A stretch of DNA of 58,094 nt, filler included, from Platydemus manokwari (taxonomy: Eukaryota): assembly GCA_037951405.1 (NCBI GenBank). It is 4 parts of 4 records of this genome, joined end to end, with 100 filler letters (N's around TTAATTAATTAA, not from the genome) between each part and the next. Parts side by side here need not be neighbours in the genome. Positions count along the whole stretch, not along the records: positions 1 to 19,537 come from JBBMOY011878054.1; positions 19,638 to 34,376 come from JBBMOY011402535.1; 2 more parts are not named here. One strand, written 5' to 3'. The notes beneath the pieces are model-generated. The model had not been told where the DNA came from. It ran no database searches and saw only the letters and a list, made by a program, of their open reading frames with translations. Position 1 is the first letter of the stretch; the number at the start of each line of letters is the position of its first letter. This document shows positions 12,806 to 25,300 of this stretch, in pieces. The position numbers were made by a program, and so were the translations under genes.

Positions 12806-15704
12806 GACCAGAGAGAAAAATATATTAAACAATGATTATTATCATAAATTGTTATTCATTTGATGAATATCTGTTTACCGTATTTTTAGCAATTTAGTCA
12901 AAAATTTTATAATCATATCCTGTGACTTAATTTTGTGAATTTGATATTTTATGGAAAAATATATACTTTGTTTTTGTTGAATGTATTCACATTATTTTCA
13001 AGTAAGAAATGTTAGAAAGTAACTCATTTAAATTATTTAATAATAATGTTTTGAAAAATATTAATAAAAATTATTCCCATTTTATCTTTTAACTACAACA
13101 ATCTCTAAAAACGTCCTCCTATTGAGAGTCGTGATAATATTGGGTATGAATTGAATTCAGAATTTATATCCTTAGAAATACCCGAAAATAGACCAACGAC
13201 GAGTAAGCTTAAATAGTTTAACTCTCTTCGTATCAAATATAAGTCTGAAAAAGCTTCCATAGCTTATACGATGATAGATTATTGGAAAGAAGAATTTTAC
13301 CAGACAGAAAATAAAAATTTCGATTACCCAATAATATACATGGAATGCAGAATGAAGCAATATCAAAAAGAACGACAGATTATTTAAATCAATTAATTAT
13401 AAAATCACTAACTGTTGTCTATGTCGAATGACCAATATTGCATTGAAAACTTCGAATGAATAAGAGTCCATTTCCCTGACGATGAACCCAGATTAACAAT
13501 AAATCACTAAGAAAATAAACTACTTGTCTGACTACTGCTGAATTCTGGTTACCCGAGTTACAGGTCAGATTTGTTGATTGTGATTTATTGCATAAGCAAT
13601 ATTTTTATGGTAACTCTTGACCTGTGGGTGTTTCATGCATTTTGTTCTACTATATTCTGCTTAAAATGTTTTAAAAAATGCTTAAACATTTTATATTCAA
13701 CTATCGTATATTTTCTAAACATACTGGAGTGACTATATTTATATTTATTTTATAATCATGATGTGGTGTTTATTTTCTTTGGTTCATCCGACCATGACCA
13801 TCTTCTTATCTAATTTATCTTTATTACCCGCCTTGTTATTTATATTAATATTAAATTATTTTTTATCTGAGATTATTTTGTAACATTTCTTTTCATTGTT
13901 ATTATTAAAAATAATTGACCTAACTTAATGACTTTCACCAATGCTTTCCTTCACTACTATTGGGTGTTTGACGATTGATGACGATTCTGGTTTTGTAATC
14001 TATCGTTATTTACAATTAAAATTTTTGATATTTAGCGTAACTTAATATTGTAACACATGTTACTATATCTCTCCTTTTTCCTCTTATTAGTAACTTGAGC
14101 TACTGACTTTACCTGCTTTCTTTCTGCTCTGTAATTTTTCTCTCAAGAGTCACAAATTTCAATGATTGTTCTTGTTCGCTTTTCTTTTTCCTGCCAATTT
14201 AACTTTTTAATTAATAATTTATTATTATATTTTATTATCTTATAATTTCTATTATTATGAGGATTATAAAAGCTAAATTTAAATCATTTTATAAATTAAT
14301 TTTATAGATGTTAACTTATTTAAATAAATGTAGTAAAATGTAATTTTTTGTCATTACTCTTCAGTTAGTTTTCATTGGGTGATTTATTAAATAATAGTGG
14401 CTTCAATTATTATTGACTATCATTTATGTTTTGTGATCGCTTGGATTTTGAAGTTTTCGGAGGTTATATCCAACATAAAAATGAGATACGCCAAATTCCA
14501 ACCTGATCTAAACTGCCATTACAATTCGAATGCGTTTCAATAAATAAGTGATTGTGAAAAACAATGAATGCAAAATCAGACGGATGACCAAGCAGCAATA
14601 ACAATAACTGCATATATTAAATAGTCATAGTACAGTTGACCATTGAATTTTGATTCACAGTTTTCGAGATGTTAACATTAAACATATTTAAGTGATTTGA
14701 CATATTGAGGGTAAATATTTTTTGAAAAATCGAATTTATTTACTCTTTAACCTATGCAGTTTTTTGCCAAGTACTCATAATCATATATTTTCTGTTAACG
14801 GAAATTTTTATTAGATATTGCAAAATTTAATCAAAATAAATTTATAAATTCATTCCTCAGTTTTACATTTATTATGATATAACGTAAACAATATTCAATG
14901 TATATTTTGAGATATAATGCTTAGATTTATTGTTATTAATATGTTGATTTTGTGTTCATCTACAATCAAAAATCATTATTTTTCGCTCACGAAAGTCTAG
15001 ACATAAAATCTTAACGATAAAACCTAAAAGTCTTAACGGAGAAAGAAAACTCTTAGAAAGTAAAAACTTTAAAACAGAAAACTGCCGATGACGATACTTG
15101 TTTCCAGACAAAGAATTCATAGACTTCGAAAGATCCACAAGCTTTAATTACGACACAATTGGCAGTATTGGGTACTTTGCTTAAACGGTGTAACATCAAA
15201 GATGGGGCGTTTGAAGAAAATACGTTAATCATATTTTAAAATCTATATTATTACTTACAGGTCATTTCGTCAAATTCGAATCGACCACTCACGTACCCTA
15301 AATTGATTGAACTTAAATTGAGTTGGTTGTAGATTAAATAACTTTGTTGGTCCGATTTATTAATAAATCAATAATTGTTAATTGTAAATTATTCTGAAAA
15401 CTTTGTAATTTGTTTTTATTTTAATAGAGAATTATTCTGATTCGATTGTTGTCATCATGATTTATACTTGTTTCGTGATAAATAGTATTTTTTTAATCTG
15501 ATAGTCGAGAGAGTATATTTATATGACCAAAATCCAACAATACCTTCAATAAAATCTCTAAGTAATTGATCTAGTTGATATCTCATATTTTATGATGCCG
15601 AAAAGGAACGAAATTGTAAATCAAAGTCCTATTTTAATTACAACTATTCTACGAATTTTCGAGTTTCTAAATTTAATTTTTTGTATTATAAATTTAATAA
15701 AATA

Positions 15705-16015
15705 TTACTTATTTTAATAAAATAATTGTAAAAATTTAGAATATCTCTCAATTTGCTTCTAATGTTAAAATAAAGATTTTCACCCATTTTTAATAAATTA
15801 CAATTTGACCGGCATCGACACGTTTCTCAAATATGCAATTGTTAAGAAATTTTGAAGCCCTAGGATCTTTTATTTTAAATAACTAAAAATTTTCTTAAGT
15901 ACTCAAACAAATGATTTTAAAAATAATTAAATAAACTATATAGATAGATTTTTGCAATACACTCAACAATTTTAGGATTTTAATTTAGGACTCCTTTTCT
16001 TCACATTAACCAAAT
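15705..16015 (+). repeat. AT-rich dispersed repeat, copy 2 of 6830-7160
   Basis: Direct nucleotide similarity as listed for copy 1. Confidence 0.75.
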
Positions 16016-16445
16016 TATTTGATAATTTATACAACCGGGATTGAGTTATGTTCCAAATTCGTCAAGTATTTGGTTAAATTTATGACCAAAGTTGTATTTA
16101 CGTAATTATCAAAATGATCAATAGAAGATCACCAATCAATTCCATAAGCAACATTTCCAATTTTCATTGACGTTTAAACTCATCCTTAATTATTGTGGTT
16201 TGAAAGTCAAATTTTAAATTTTGTGTATTGAAAGTGAGAATTCTCGCTCCCAATTTGATTGGATAAAAAGAAACATTAAACTAGCACACACACACAAGCA
16301 TACCCAGACAATCATAACAATCAATTTTCATTGATATTTCCTAAAATTTACATTTGCATATCCGCCAATAATAATTTATTATTATTTCGGAAATTTATCG
16401 ATTTTTTCAGGCCGATCAGAGTAGATATGTTTGGTAACCAAATCA

Positions 16446-17096
16446 TCATTTGTTACTATTGAAGTGAGCTGAATTTAAATCTATGGCGGCAAATGCACTG
16501 GTAAAATGTGAATAAAATGGCTTGTTATTGGTGTTATTATTTGAATTATCCGGATAACAGTCCTCTTGCGGGCCTTCCTCTAATGGACAAATAGGATGTT
16601 CGTCTTCCGTGCTTTCCTCAGTTGGAATTTCTTTACGATTCTGTTCGAGTACCATCGATGCTTTATGGACCTTTTCCATGAAGGACGGAATACCTGCATG
16701 AAATGGCTGAGTAAGAAAGAAATTTACAATGAGAGAAATGGTAAAAATTGATTTCAAATTTTAAAAGAAAATCAAAGAAAAAACTACCAGCAGTTGACAT
16801 CCAACTAACGGCAGCATTTGGAAAATTGGTTTTCGGATCATCGTAATATATCAAAAAGTAATCCATTCCAGCCTGATAAAATATGATAATTGTGCTCGAT
16901 TCAAATACCAGAGAACCAATATCATACCTCATCAAAAGCTGTATGAGACTGGATGTACATGATTGATTTATAGTCTACTATTCGAACAGCGGATTTCTTT
17001 TCGGGTGAATTCACATTTCCATCAACAGCTTTGGAAACAATAATTGCACTGTTACTATCTTCAAAATGACAAGCTCGCCTTTTGAAAATATATTCT
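16446..17096 (-). CDS. STARD7: StAR-related lipid transfer protein 7-like (START domain, PCTP group), last three exons 17096-16928, 16872-16788, 16693-16446; 5' exons not located
   Basis: Spliced frame REYIFKRR...IIVSKAV...VRIVDYKSIMYIQSHTAFDE|AGMDYFLIYYDDPKTNFPNAAVSWMSTAG|IPSFMEKVHKA matches the STARD7 C-terminal half. GT-AG introns of 55 and 94 nt have consistent phases. Confidence 0.9.
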
Positions 17097-18239
17097 CTGT
17101 GATTGAAAATGGAAAATATCAGATGAATGAAATGATAATGATATATAACTATTTTATAAATTATTATTTGATTGAACACAGCTTTCATTTGTATGCATTG
17201 ACGGATTACAGTTTACGATTGGTGTTCGCAATATTCAATGAGGATAATAACAGATATTTTAGAAATTTAATTCACCAATAAAATCTATGAAAAAATGATC
17301 CCATGTTGTAAATAATCATTTTTCCCTTGATCAGAAAGCATTCCAATGTAATTCAGATGTTTACAATCTCATCATAAACCACTGAACTGATTGGAAAATT
17401 ATACATGCCCATAAAAATTGATTTTAATTTAATAAAAATATTTTTCCGTTATATGATTGTTAAGGATTTAAATGGAATGCGATTAAAAATTATTTTGCTG
17501 ATCAAAAGAAGAAATCATCTTTATCATATCACACAAGCAACGAGATGTGGTCGATAATTTGAAATTGGACTCATATCAGACAATTGATATATCGATAATA
17601 GGCAGAGCAGTATTCGATAAATATTGAGAATGTTTTGATAAATGCTCAATGCTGGTTAATAAATAGATTGATTGAGAAATCTTTAGATAACACTTGAAAT
17701 GAATTATACAGCATAAGTTTGAAAAGAATTGTAAAAATCCACATAAAATGTTCAAAAACATTATTTTTACTACAATTTTCTGAGAATAAATGGAAATATC
17801 TTAAATTGGGACCAAAGTTGACAATAATTGACTCAATCGTTGTAATAGATACACTGATATGAGATCCAAATGCAATTACAACAAGTGTTTACGATCCAGG
17901 GGTGTGTTATATTGATTATACGATGTAATAAGCAATTTAAGATCGTATAAGTAATTTCAGGAGTTTCAAAATAAATTATTGATTATCAAATAATTATGAA
18001 AACTCAGTACAAATTATACATTGGTAATAAGCTGATCAACGCAAACACTGGTTAATGGTCAATATTCTGAACATGTTAATCAATGAGATCAGTAGATCAT
18101 TCAAAAAATATTTCTACTATTATTAAAATGTGACTTATTAAATATCTTTAGTTATAAGTGTACTGATGGATATTTAAATAATTTATAAATATTAATATAT
18201 AATTCATAACATCACTGAGATTGAAATAATTATAATTAC

Positions 18240-18821
18240 TGTGAGGATTTTAAAAGATCATTTTAAACAGAATATATGTTGATATTAAATATATAAATGG
18301 GCAATTTGATTTGAGTGAACAATTTTGATTAAATATATTTTTGTGAGTTGAAGTTTTAAGATTTTTTTTAAATGCCTATTTTATAAACAGTAGCAGCTAA
18401 CACAGTGACTACGCTTTTGGATTTGATTTTGCGAAGATCACTATCATGAATGTATAGAAAAGATAAAGAATAAAGAGAAGACAGATGATACAACGAAGAT
18501 AGAATATATTAAAAGGTACAGAGAACAAATAGAAAATTCCATAATGAGAAAATCAAGAACTCAAAGAGAATTTCAGATTGAAGGTGTAGAGAATTCGGCA
18601 CAGTTTATTGTGAAGAAAATCAAAGATTTTCAATAAAGGGGAAGTGATTATTGCAAAATAAAACAATATTTAAGTGATCATTTTAAATAGGAAATGTATT
18701 ATATATAAAAATATAAACGATCAATTTCATTTGTTGTTATGTTTTGGTCAAATATACTTTGTGGTTTGAAGTTCTGAGACTTGTTTTCAATTGATATTTT
18801 ATGATACAATAGCAGTCAACA
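18240..18821 (+). mobile_element. Candidate TRIM-like mini-LTR element, copy B
   Basis: Diverged direct repeats 18240-18402 and 18645-18821, each TG...CA. Degenerate PBS-like cagtgactacg (18403-18413), polypurine tract aaaggggaag (18635-18644) directly before repeat 2, near-matching 5-bp flanks attac/attaa. Confidence 0.6.
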
Positions 18822-19344
18822 ATTAATAATATATAAATAAATATAATAAATAATATTAATAATAATATCAAATTTATTTAATTTTAAAAAACAATCTGCA
18901 ATGAAAACATGTTGATAATTGTAATGCTAATAATTTTCTAGTTTTCAATGTGAATTTTATTAACACTCGCTGCCGAACGGCTCATAATGGAATGATAATA
19001 CATTAGTGCACCTAAGTAAAGATGTATTCATTAAATACTATTTCATCGAGGAATCTATTGTTACTCATCTAGCGATTTATAAAAAACAATGACTTGGTCT
19101 TGAAACTGAATGTGGCGTTCATAAGTCGATAGCAAATGTATTAAATATGTTGTAATCAATTAATTGCAAGATAATTAGCTGAAAATGAATTAAATTCCAA
19201 AATATCAAATGGCACCCCAGATAACTGATTGAAAAAGTCAAAATACCTTAATATTGATAATCTCAGATTGAAATTTATTAAATCAAAACCAAGATTGCGC
19301 TGACATGCGAAATTGATTCCAATATTAACAATAATACAAGATGA

Positions 19345-19537
19345 TATTAATAATATAAATATATAATGATAATAATATTATATAATGATAATAATATTAT
19401 ATAATGATAATATTAATATATAAGGATAGTAATAATATACAATGATAATAATAACATATAATGATAATAATATTATATAATGATAATAATATTGAATAAT
19501 GATAATAATAATATATGATGATAATAACATATGGTGA
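19345..19537. repeat. AT-rich minisatellite (about 19-20 bp unit ataatgataataatattat) abutting a gap
   Basis: Tandem imperfect copies read directly. Confidence 0.85.
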
Positions 19538-19637
19538 NNNNNNNNNNNNNNNNNNNNNNNNNNNNNNNNNNNNNNNNNNNNTTAATTAATTAANNNNNNN
19601 NNNNNNNNNNNNNNNNNNNNNNNNNNNNNNNNNNNNN
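19538..19637. other. Scaffold gap with artificial linker N44-TTAATTAATTAA-N44
   Basis: Identical 100-bp structure occurs three times; the 12-mer gives stops in all six frames. Confidence 0.97.
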
Positions 19638-22053
19638 CATAAGATCTTCAATTTAATATTTAAAAATGAAAAGCCAATTTAAAAAAGGCCATTATTTTTG
19701 CACCAACCTAATAATTATTAGATTTTCTTATTTTTTCACCAGTCTCGAGGGGATCCTTAGAGTGATGAAAAAAAATTTGAATGTAGGGGTGCGGCTTCAA
19801 ATACTGATCATGTTCACTACCAACTTCCGTAACAGTAACAATAAATTGAAATCGATAATAAAATTATTATCAATGATAATTATGGAGGTAAAGAGGAAAA
19901 ATAAGTAATTTTAGTCAGACAAAAATGAATGCAAATGAAATAAAACTCATCAGATTCAAGAGCAAATTAAAATAGAAACTAGATAGAGATCAATGGAATA
20001 AGAAAAAAAATGCTGGATTAGATTGAGAAATTCAATATTAATAAAAAATAATATAATAATACAATAGACATATAAAAAATACCTTATATAAGGAGAGCAA
20101 GAACAAAAATTGACTTTGACATCGAGCAAGATCTGATTATTACTTTGACCACAAAGAATTGATTGTTCTGCGACATGAAGAGTTTGTAACCCAAGTAGGA
20201 CATCAATTCAATACTTAATATCATAAATGAATTTTTGTGTATTAATGAATGGAAAATAATTTTTGCAAATGATTTTTTGAGAACGTATTTTGCAAATGTG
20301 AAATTTTTATGAAAAAGTTTTATATTTAGATAATTCTCTGGAGTTTATGGAAAATAATAAAATATAACTAAATTAATGTATAAATCAAATCCAAAATAAT
20401 GACCGGCATGTTCGAAGAATTCAGCATCCATGTTAATAAATTAAAATAATCGTGGCAAAAATATAATTGAATTGCCTGTAAATTCTTTTCCTCGAATTAA
20501 TCAATAAAACACAGTTAGGATAGTATATTGCACACAATACTTTCTCTAGAATTACCAGAAACTTGTCGAATCATTAACATTTTAATTGGTGGTTTCTTAC
20601 AATAATAGGGGTTTTACTCTTGTCGTTTGACCATTTATATTAATTTGATGGAAAAGTAATCTCTTGTATTTCTTTGATAAAAGGATGAAATTAAATTTTG
20701 TTTTGGTGTCTTTCTTGTTTCTCCGTTAATTAATGTTATTCATTATATTTCCTTATCAAAATTATGACCATTAAAATCCTAGGAATTATATTTTAAGATT
20801 ATCCAGAGTTTAATTAAATTCAAGTTTTGAAATATATTTTCTTTTGATTGATATTTGGGGCTTGTGTTCTTTATTAAATTAAATTGATTCGAATTTGTTC
20901 ACATGGACAACATTATTTTTTACAGCAAAAAAAATATAAAAAATTTTATACTGCAAGAATATAAAATAAATTGTTGTTTTTATCATGATTATTTTTCCTG
21001 AATAATTTTGTTCATAAAAATACAAATAATACATGGCTCATAAACAGTATACAACATAATTAAACACAAAGTAGTTATCATGTGCAAGGTCTTCATAATT
21101 GACTAGTTTGCAATGGTTTGCTCAAATATCAACTATCATACGTCGTAGCGAAATGATATTATTTAAGGTTAATAGTACTCAGAAATGACTGATAGGTGTT
21201 AACAAAGTTGGATTAATCAATAAACAAAACTCAACCGAGACTAAGAAAAATATCAGTTTTATTAAGTAGTTTACAGATACACTTATAGGAACAAAACTAT
21301 CGAATTCAAGAATAAGGAAACTTGACTCTTCAGCAAATACATAATTTTGAAAATAACTTGTGTAGCTGTTGTTTTGTAGCCACGTTAATTTGATAATTGT
21401 AAGCTAGATTTTGAATAGCGAAATTTTCTCTAATTTCCAAAGAAAATTGCGAAACAATTTTAATCACAAATCAATATTATGTTATTTTCATTTTTTAAAT
21501 ATGAATGCAAAATAATTTCAGAAAATTAAATAGACTTGTATTCGATTTAGTTATGAAAGTCTCGAATTGAATTGCAATACCATATTGAGTTTAAGCACGT
21601 TTAATATGAATCCAGGTTCAAATGTATACAAAGTAATCAATTATCAATTTATCATTTAATATCCATCAGCACTTTATTGATCCGATTTTCAAATAATATC
21701 AAATCCAAAGTGATATTGAAAATAAATAATGAATTGACAGAACGAAATACACGATAAGCAAATAGTTGATTTTCACTCAACATAAGTTTGTTGCATTGAA
21801 CTTTAAACTTGACATGTATAAATTCAAAAAGTAAATCACGATTGAGAGAACGATAATTTATTTAGATAATACACTAATAGAATAATCAACACTCCTCCAC
21901 AAGTACCGATTAAAGTCTTAAAGAGCACAATAATAGCGTGAATTATTAGATTACAACACCACACACACACAGACACACAAATCAACACCACAACATTCAA
22001 TACATTCAACACGTATTCAAATCATCACAAACAGCCAAAGTCATCAATGGACT

Positions 22054-22206
22054 TTATTTGAGAGGATCTTGAGCTAGTAAATCAGACATTTGGCAGGATG
22101 CGCAGCTCATAATAGCTGGCGCGGCGAATTTCAAGAAAGGAGGATTGAACCACTGTAATTTAGGAATATTTTGTTGTATATCAACTCGGTATTCACCTAA
22201 TTCAAT
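22054..22206 (-). CDS. Orphan putative terminal coding exon (IELGEYRVDIQQNIPKLQWFNPPFLKFAAPAIMSCASCQMSDLLAQDPLK*)
   Basis: Pyrimidine-rich acceptor gttttattattcag, 51 codons ending in TAA, GC clearly above the flanks, phase 0. Parent gene is ambiguous. Confidence 0.6.
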   Translation of the reverse strand: MELGEYRVDIQQNIPKLQWFNPPFLKFAAPAIMSCASCQMSDLLAQDPLK

Positions 22207-22389
22207 CTGAATAATAAAACAAAATTGTCAAATATTCTCTCACAACCAATCAATATTTATTACTGTAAATAAAAGAATATGTTGCGAAACCGAATTTCGA
22301 TGTTTTGACAAAATAATGCTGATGTTTTTTCGCTATTAATTCTTGAATCATAAAATGGAAATACATTCTCTGCTAAATTCATTGATTTC

Positions 22390-25300
22390 TCAAACCCACG
22401 CTGTCCAGCCTTCATACATACGAGACAAATTGTCCGGACTTCTGGCTAATTTGATGAGTTTGTCAACATATTGATTAATGGCCACCGCCTTGCCTTTATC
22501 GACATCGTTCAATTCAGAAATGCTTTGTGGTTTCGGAGAATTTGCCAAATTCAATCGGGTCTCAATTAGTTTCCAAACTTCTATAGCTTTCTGAACACCA
22601 GCACTGTTGTTGATAAATTTTTTATTGGTGATTTCCACACCTCTGTCAATATTGTTGTCACGACAACTGGTCTTATTCAATGACAGGTTATTGTTATCAA
22701 TATCAGAAATATTGTTTTGAACTGATCTAGTGCATAAATTTCCTACAAACGTCTCCTCACCAGAAAGAGATGGCGAAATTCTGTTTATAGTGTCACCGTT
22801 ACTCTCAGCCATATTGTTGTTACTGAATCCATATTTCGATGGCATTTCAATATCATAGATTTGGATTGATGATTTTTCCTCTATCTCTAATGGAGATAAT
22901 GATAATAGAGTACTAAATAAGTCGGGAAGAATTGAATTCTTGACTAATTCAGCATTATTGAATTGAGTATGGAGTCGGACTACGTAATCGGAAATATTGA
23001 TTTCCTCGAATTCATCTTTTGATAAAAATTTAATCAAACCATCAACTGTGAAATTGAATTTCTCGAATAAATCCGACAACTTCAAAACACGTTCAACGCG
23101 ATACTTTATCTCTTGACTAGTAGAACTCGAATCATCCATTAATAAACAATTTTTTAATTTCTTCGTAATGCTATTTAACACTCGTAAGGAAGGCTTCAAA
23201 AGACTAATCAAAGGATAATAATCAATAGATAAATTTGACTTCAAATCTTTAGAATCTTTCTCGTAAGATGATGCAATTTCTTTCATCAGATTTTCCTTTT
23301 GAAATACATCTTTTGTGCTTGCATCGATATCTTTATCTAATATACCCAATAAAGTGATCCACCAAAACTCATTTTCAATTTGATATTCTTCCTTTAACTT
23401 GATAATATCTTCTTCAATTGGATTTATTATGCCACCACATGAAGCCAACTTCTCCAATAATTCTTTGCTATCCGATAAAAATTGAATAACTTCCATATCA
23501 AATTTGGTGCCTCTATCGGATTTCGATCTTAAGCATTCAAAGCGATCAATATTCAATATGACATCATTAACCAATAGAATTCGTTTCTTTAAGCTATTAA
23601 TAGATTGTGATCTTTCCAAGGTGAATTTATTCAGTAGCTCGCATAAATTTTCCGAATTCGATTGTTGTTTCAATTTCGATTGAATTTCTTCATCGTTTAT
23701 TTGAAATTTTGAATTAATATTTTCCAAATTCAATAAAACATTTTTCAGCATAAGCAATCGATCTGGAATTTTGTTGATAACATTTATGAGATCGATTAAT
23801 GGTAAAACATCAATATCAGTTTTATCATTTTCTTTTAGAAGATGTCTCTTGGTCCAACAATGTGAAATCAATTGATTTTTAGCCAAGTTACTCAAAGATT
23901 TATGAAATAGAATGTTACGTGAAAGAAATCTCGTAGCAAAATTTGGTTCGATAGCAAAACCAGTGATCGTTTTATAATTATTGAATCGATATTGTAATTG
24001 AGTATAGAAATTGATGGCATTGGGATATTCAGTTTTTCTGAAGGAAACTACAGATCCACAAATAAACTCTGCATTGAGAGCACAATTATTGACCATATTT
24101 TCTGCAATCAGCGTATCGATATTCCATCCAGCATGTTCCAATAGCAAGCAAAACATTTTTCCGAAACATTGACTACCGACTCCGACAAGAATATGTTTAT
24201 TGATAAAATTGAAATAAATTTCGAGATTTTTCAATAAATTATGGAATGTTACTATTAAACCAGCCGTATCTTTTTCATTAGGAATTGAATCCGTGAATGC
24301 CTTACACTGCTCCAAGGTGTTTACTAAACATCTTATACCACTCATATAAAGAGCATCTTTCAATAGTTTGATGGATTTATTCCAGATTGGTGAAATATTG
24401 ATACTACTAGCAGCAACGAGATCAATATAATTCCATGAGCTCGGTGTAGAGGAATTCATACAACAATCTATGAAATCACAAGCTAATTGATATGTTTGAT
24501 GAATCGTTGTGTAAAAACTTGCAATAAGGATACGCAATTGTTTAGTGCTGTCATGTATTGGAATATTATTGATATCAGTTATTTTTGTGATTCGTTCTTT
24601 GATAGGAACAACCATTTTCAAGTGAATATTATCATAATTTTTGATATCATATGATGTCGATGTAAAAGCAATATTGAAATGAAGCATAACATTCTCACCT
24701 TCTTTCATAATAAGCTGTAATTGATCTAATAATTCCACCTCATCTAATGAGAGTTGTTTCATGATTTTTATCGATTCGGGCATTATAATATCAATGAATT
24801 TACTTTCAAATGTTTGTATATTAACACATGTCTTCTGCAATGCCATCATCATATTGCATACCATGTTAGCCTCATTGGTGTTGAGATAAATGCCAAACAT
24901 ATTCATTGAATTGGTGAGAATTTTGAAATAATTCTCATGAGCATTAAGTAATTGTAAATATTTCCTCAGAGTTACATTATAATCCACAGATAAAGATATC
25001 GTTTCTGGTATTTTGCTAACAATATTGGCATCCAATTGAGATGTGATATTTGCCATTTCCATATATTGTTCCAAAAGCACAGCTTTAAAGATATTAATGC
25101 CAGCGACATTTTCAAACATGATTAGTTGCCATATATTCTCCAATTCCTGAATTTCTTCTTCATGTGATTGGGTGATAATTTTATTTTGTAATTCCGCGAT
25201 CTGGTCGGCTTGAACTTTCAACAAAGCACTCCAATTTTCTTTTTCATTATCAAATTTTTCGATTTGCTCCTCATCTTCAGATTTCAACCAAATGGAATAT

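Noticed and set aside
13110-13630. Possible retroelement endonuclease remnant
   Set aside because: Only a TWNA-like tetrapeptide was seen; too weak to call
14960-15350. GC-elevated stretch with an intron-like gap (gttaat...ttacag)
   Set aside because: No open spliced frame or recognisable protein on either strand
19582-19593. TTAATTAATTAA palindrome repeated at 19582, 34421 and 46292
   Set aside because: Always centred in exactly 44+44 Ns; an assembly linker with six-frame stops, not biology
20390-20740. Possible gypsy protease/RT-start remnant
   Set aside because: Motif resemblance (HQINI) is marginal and cannot be supported by eye
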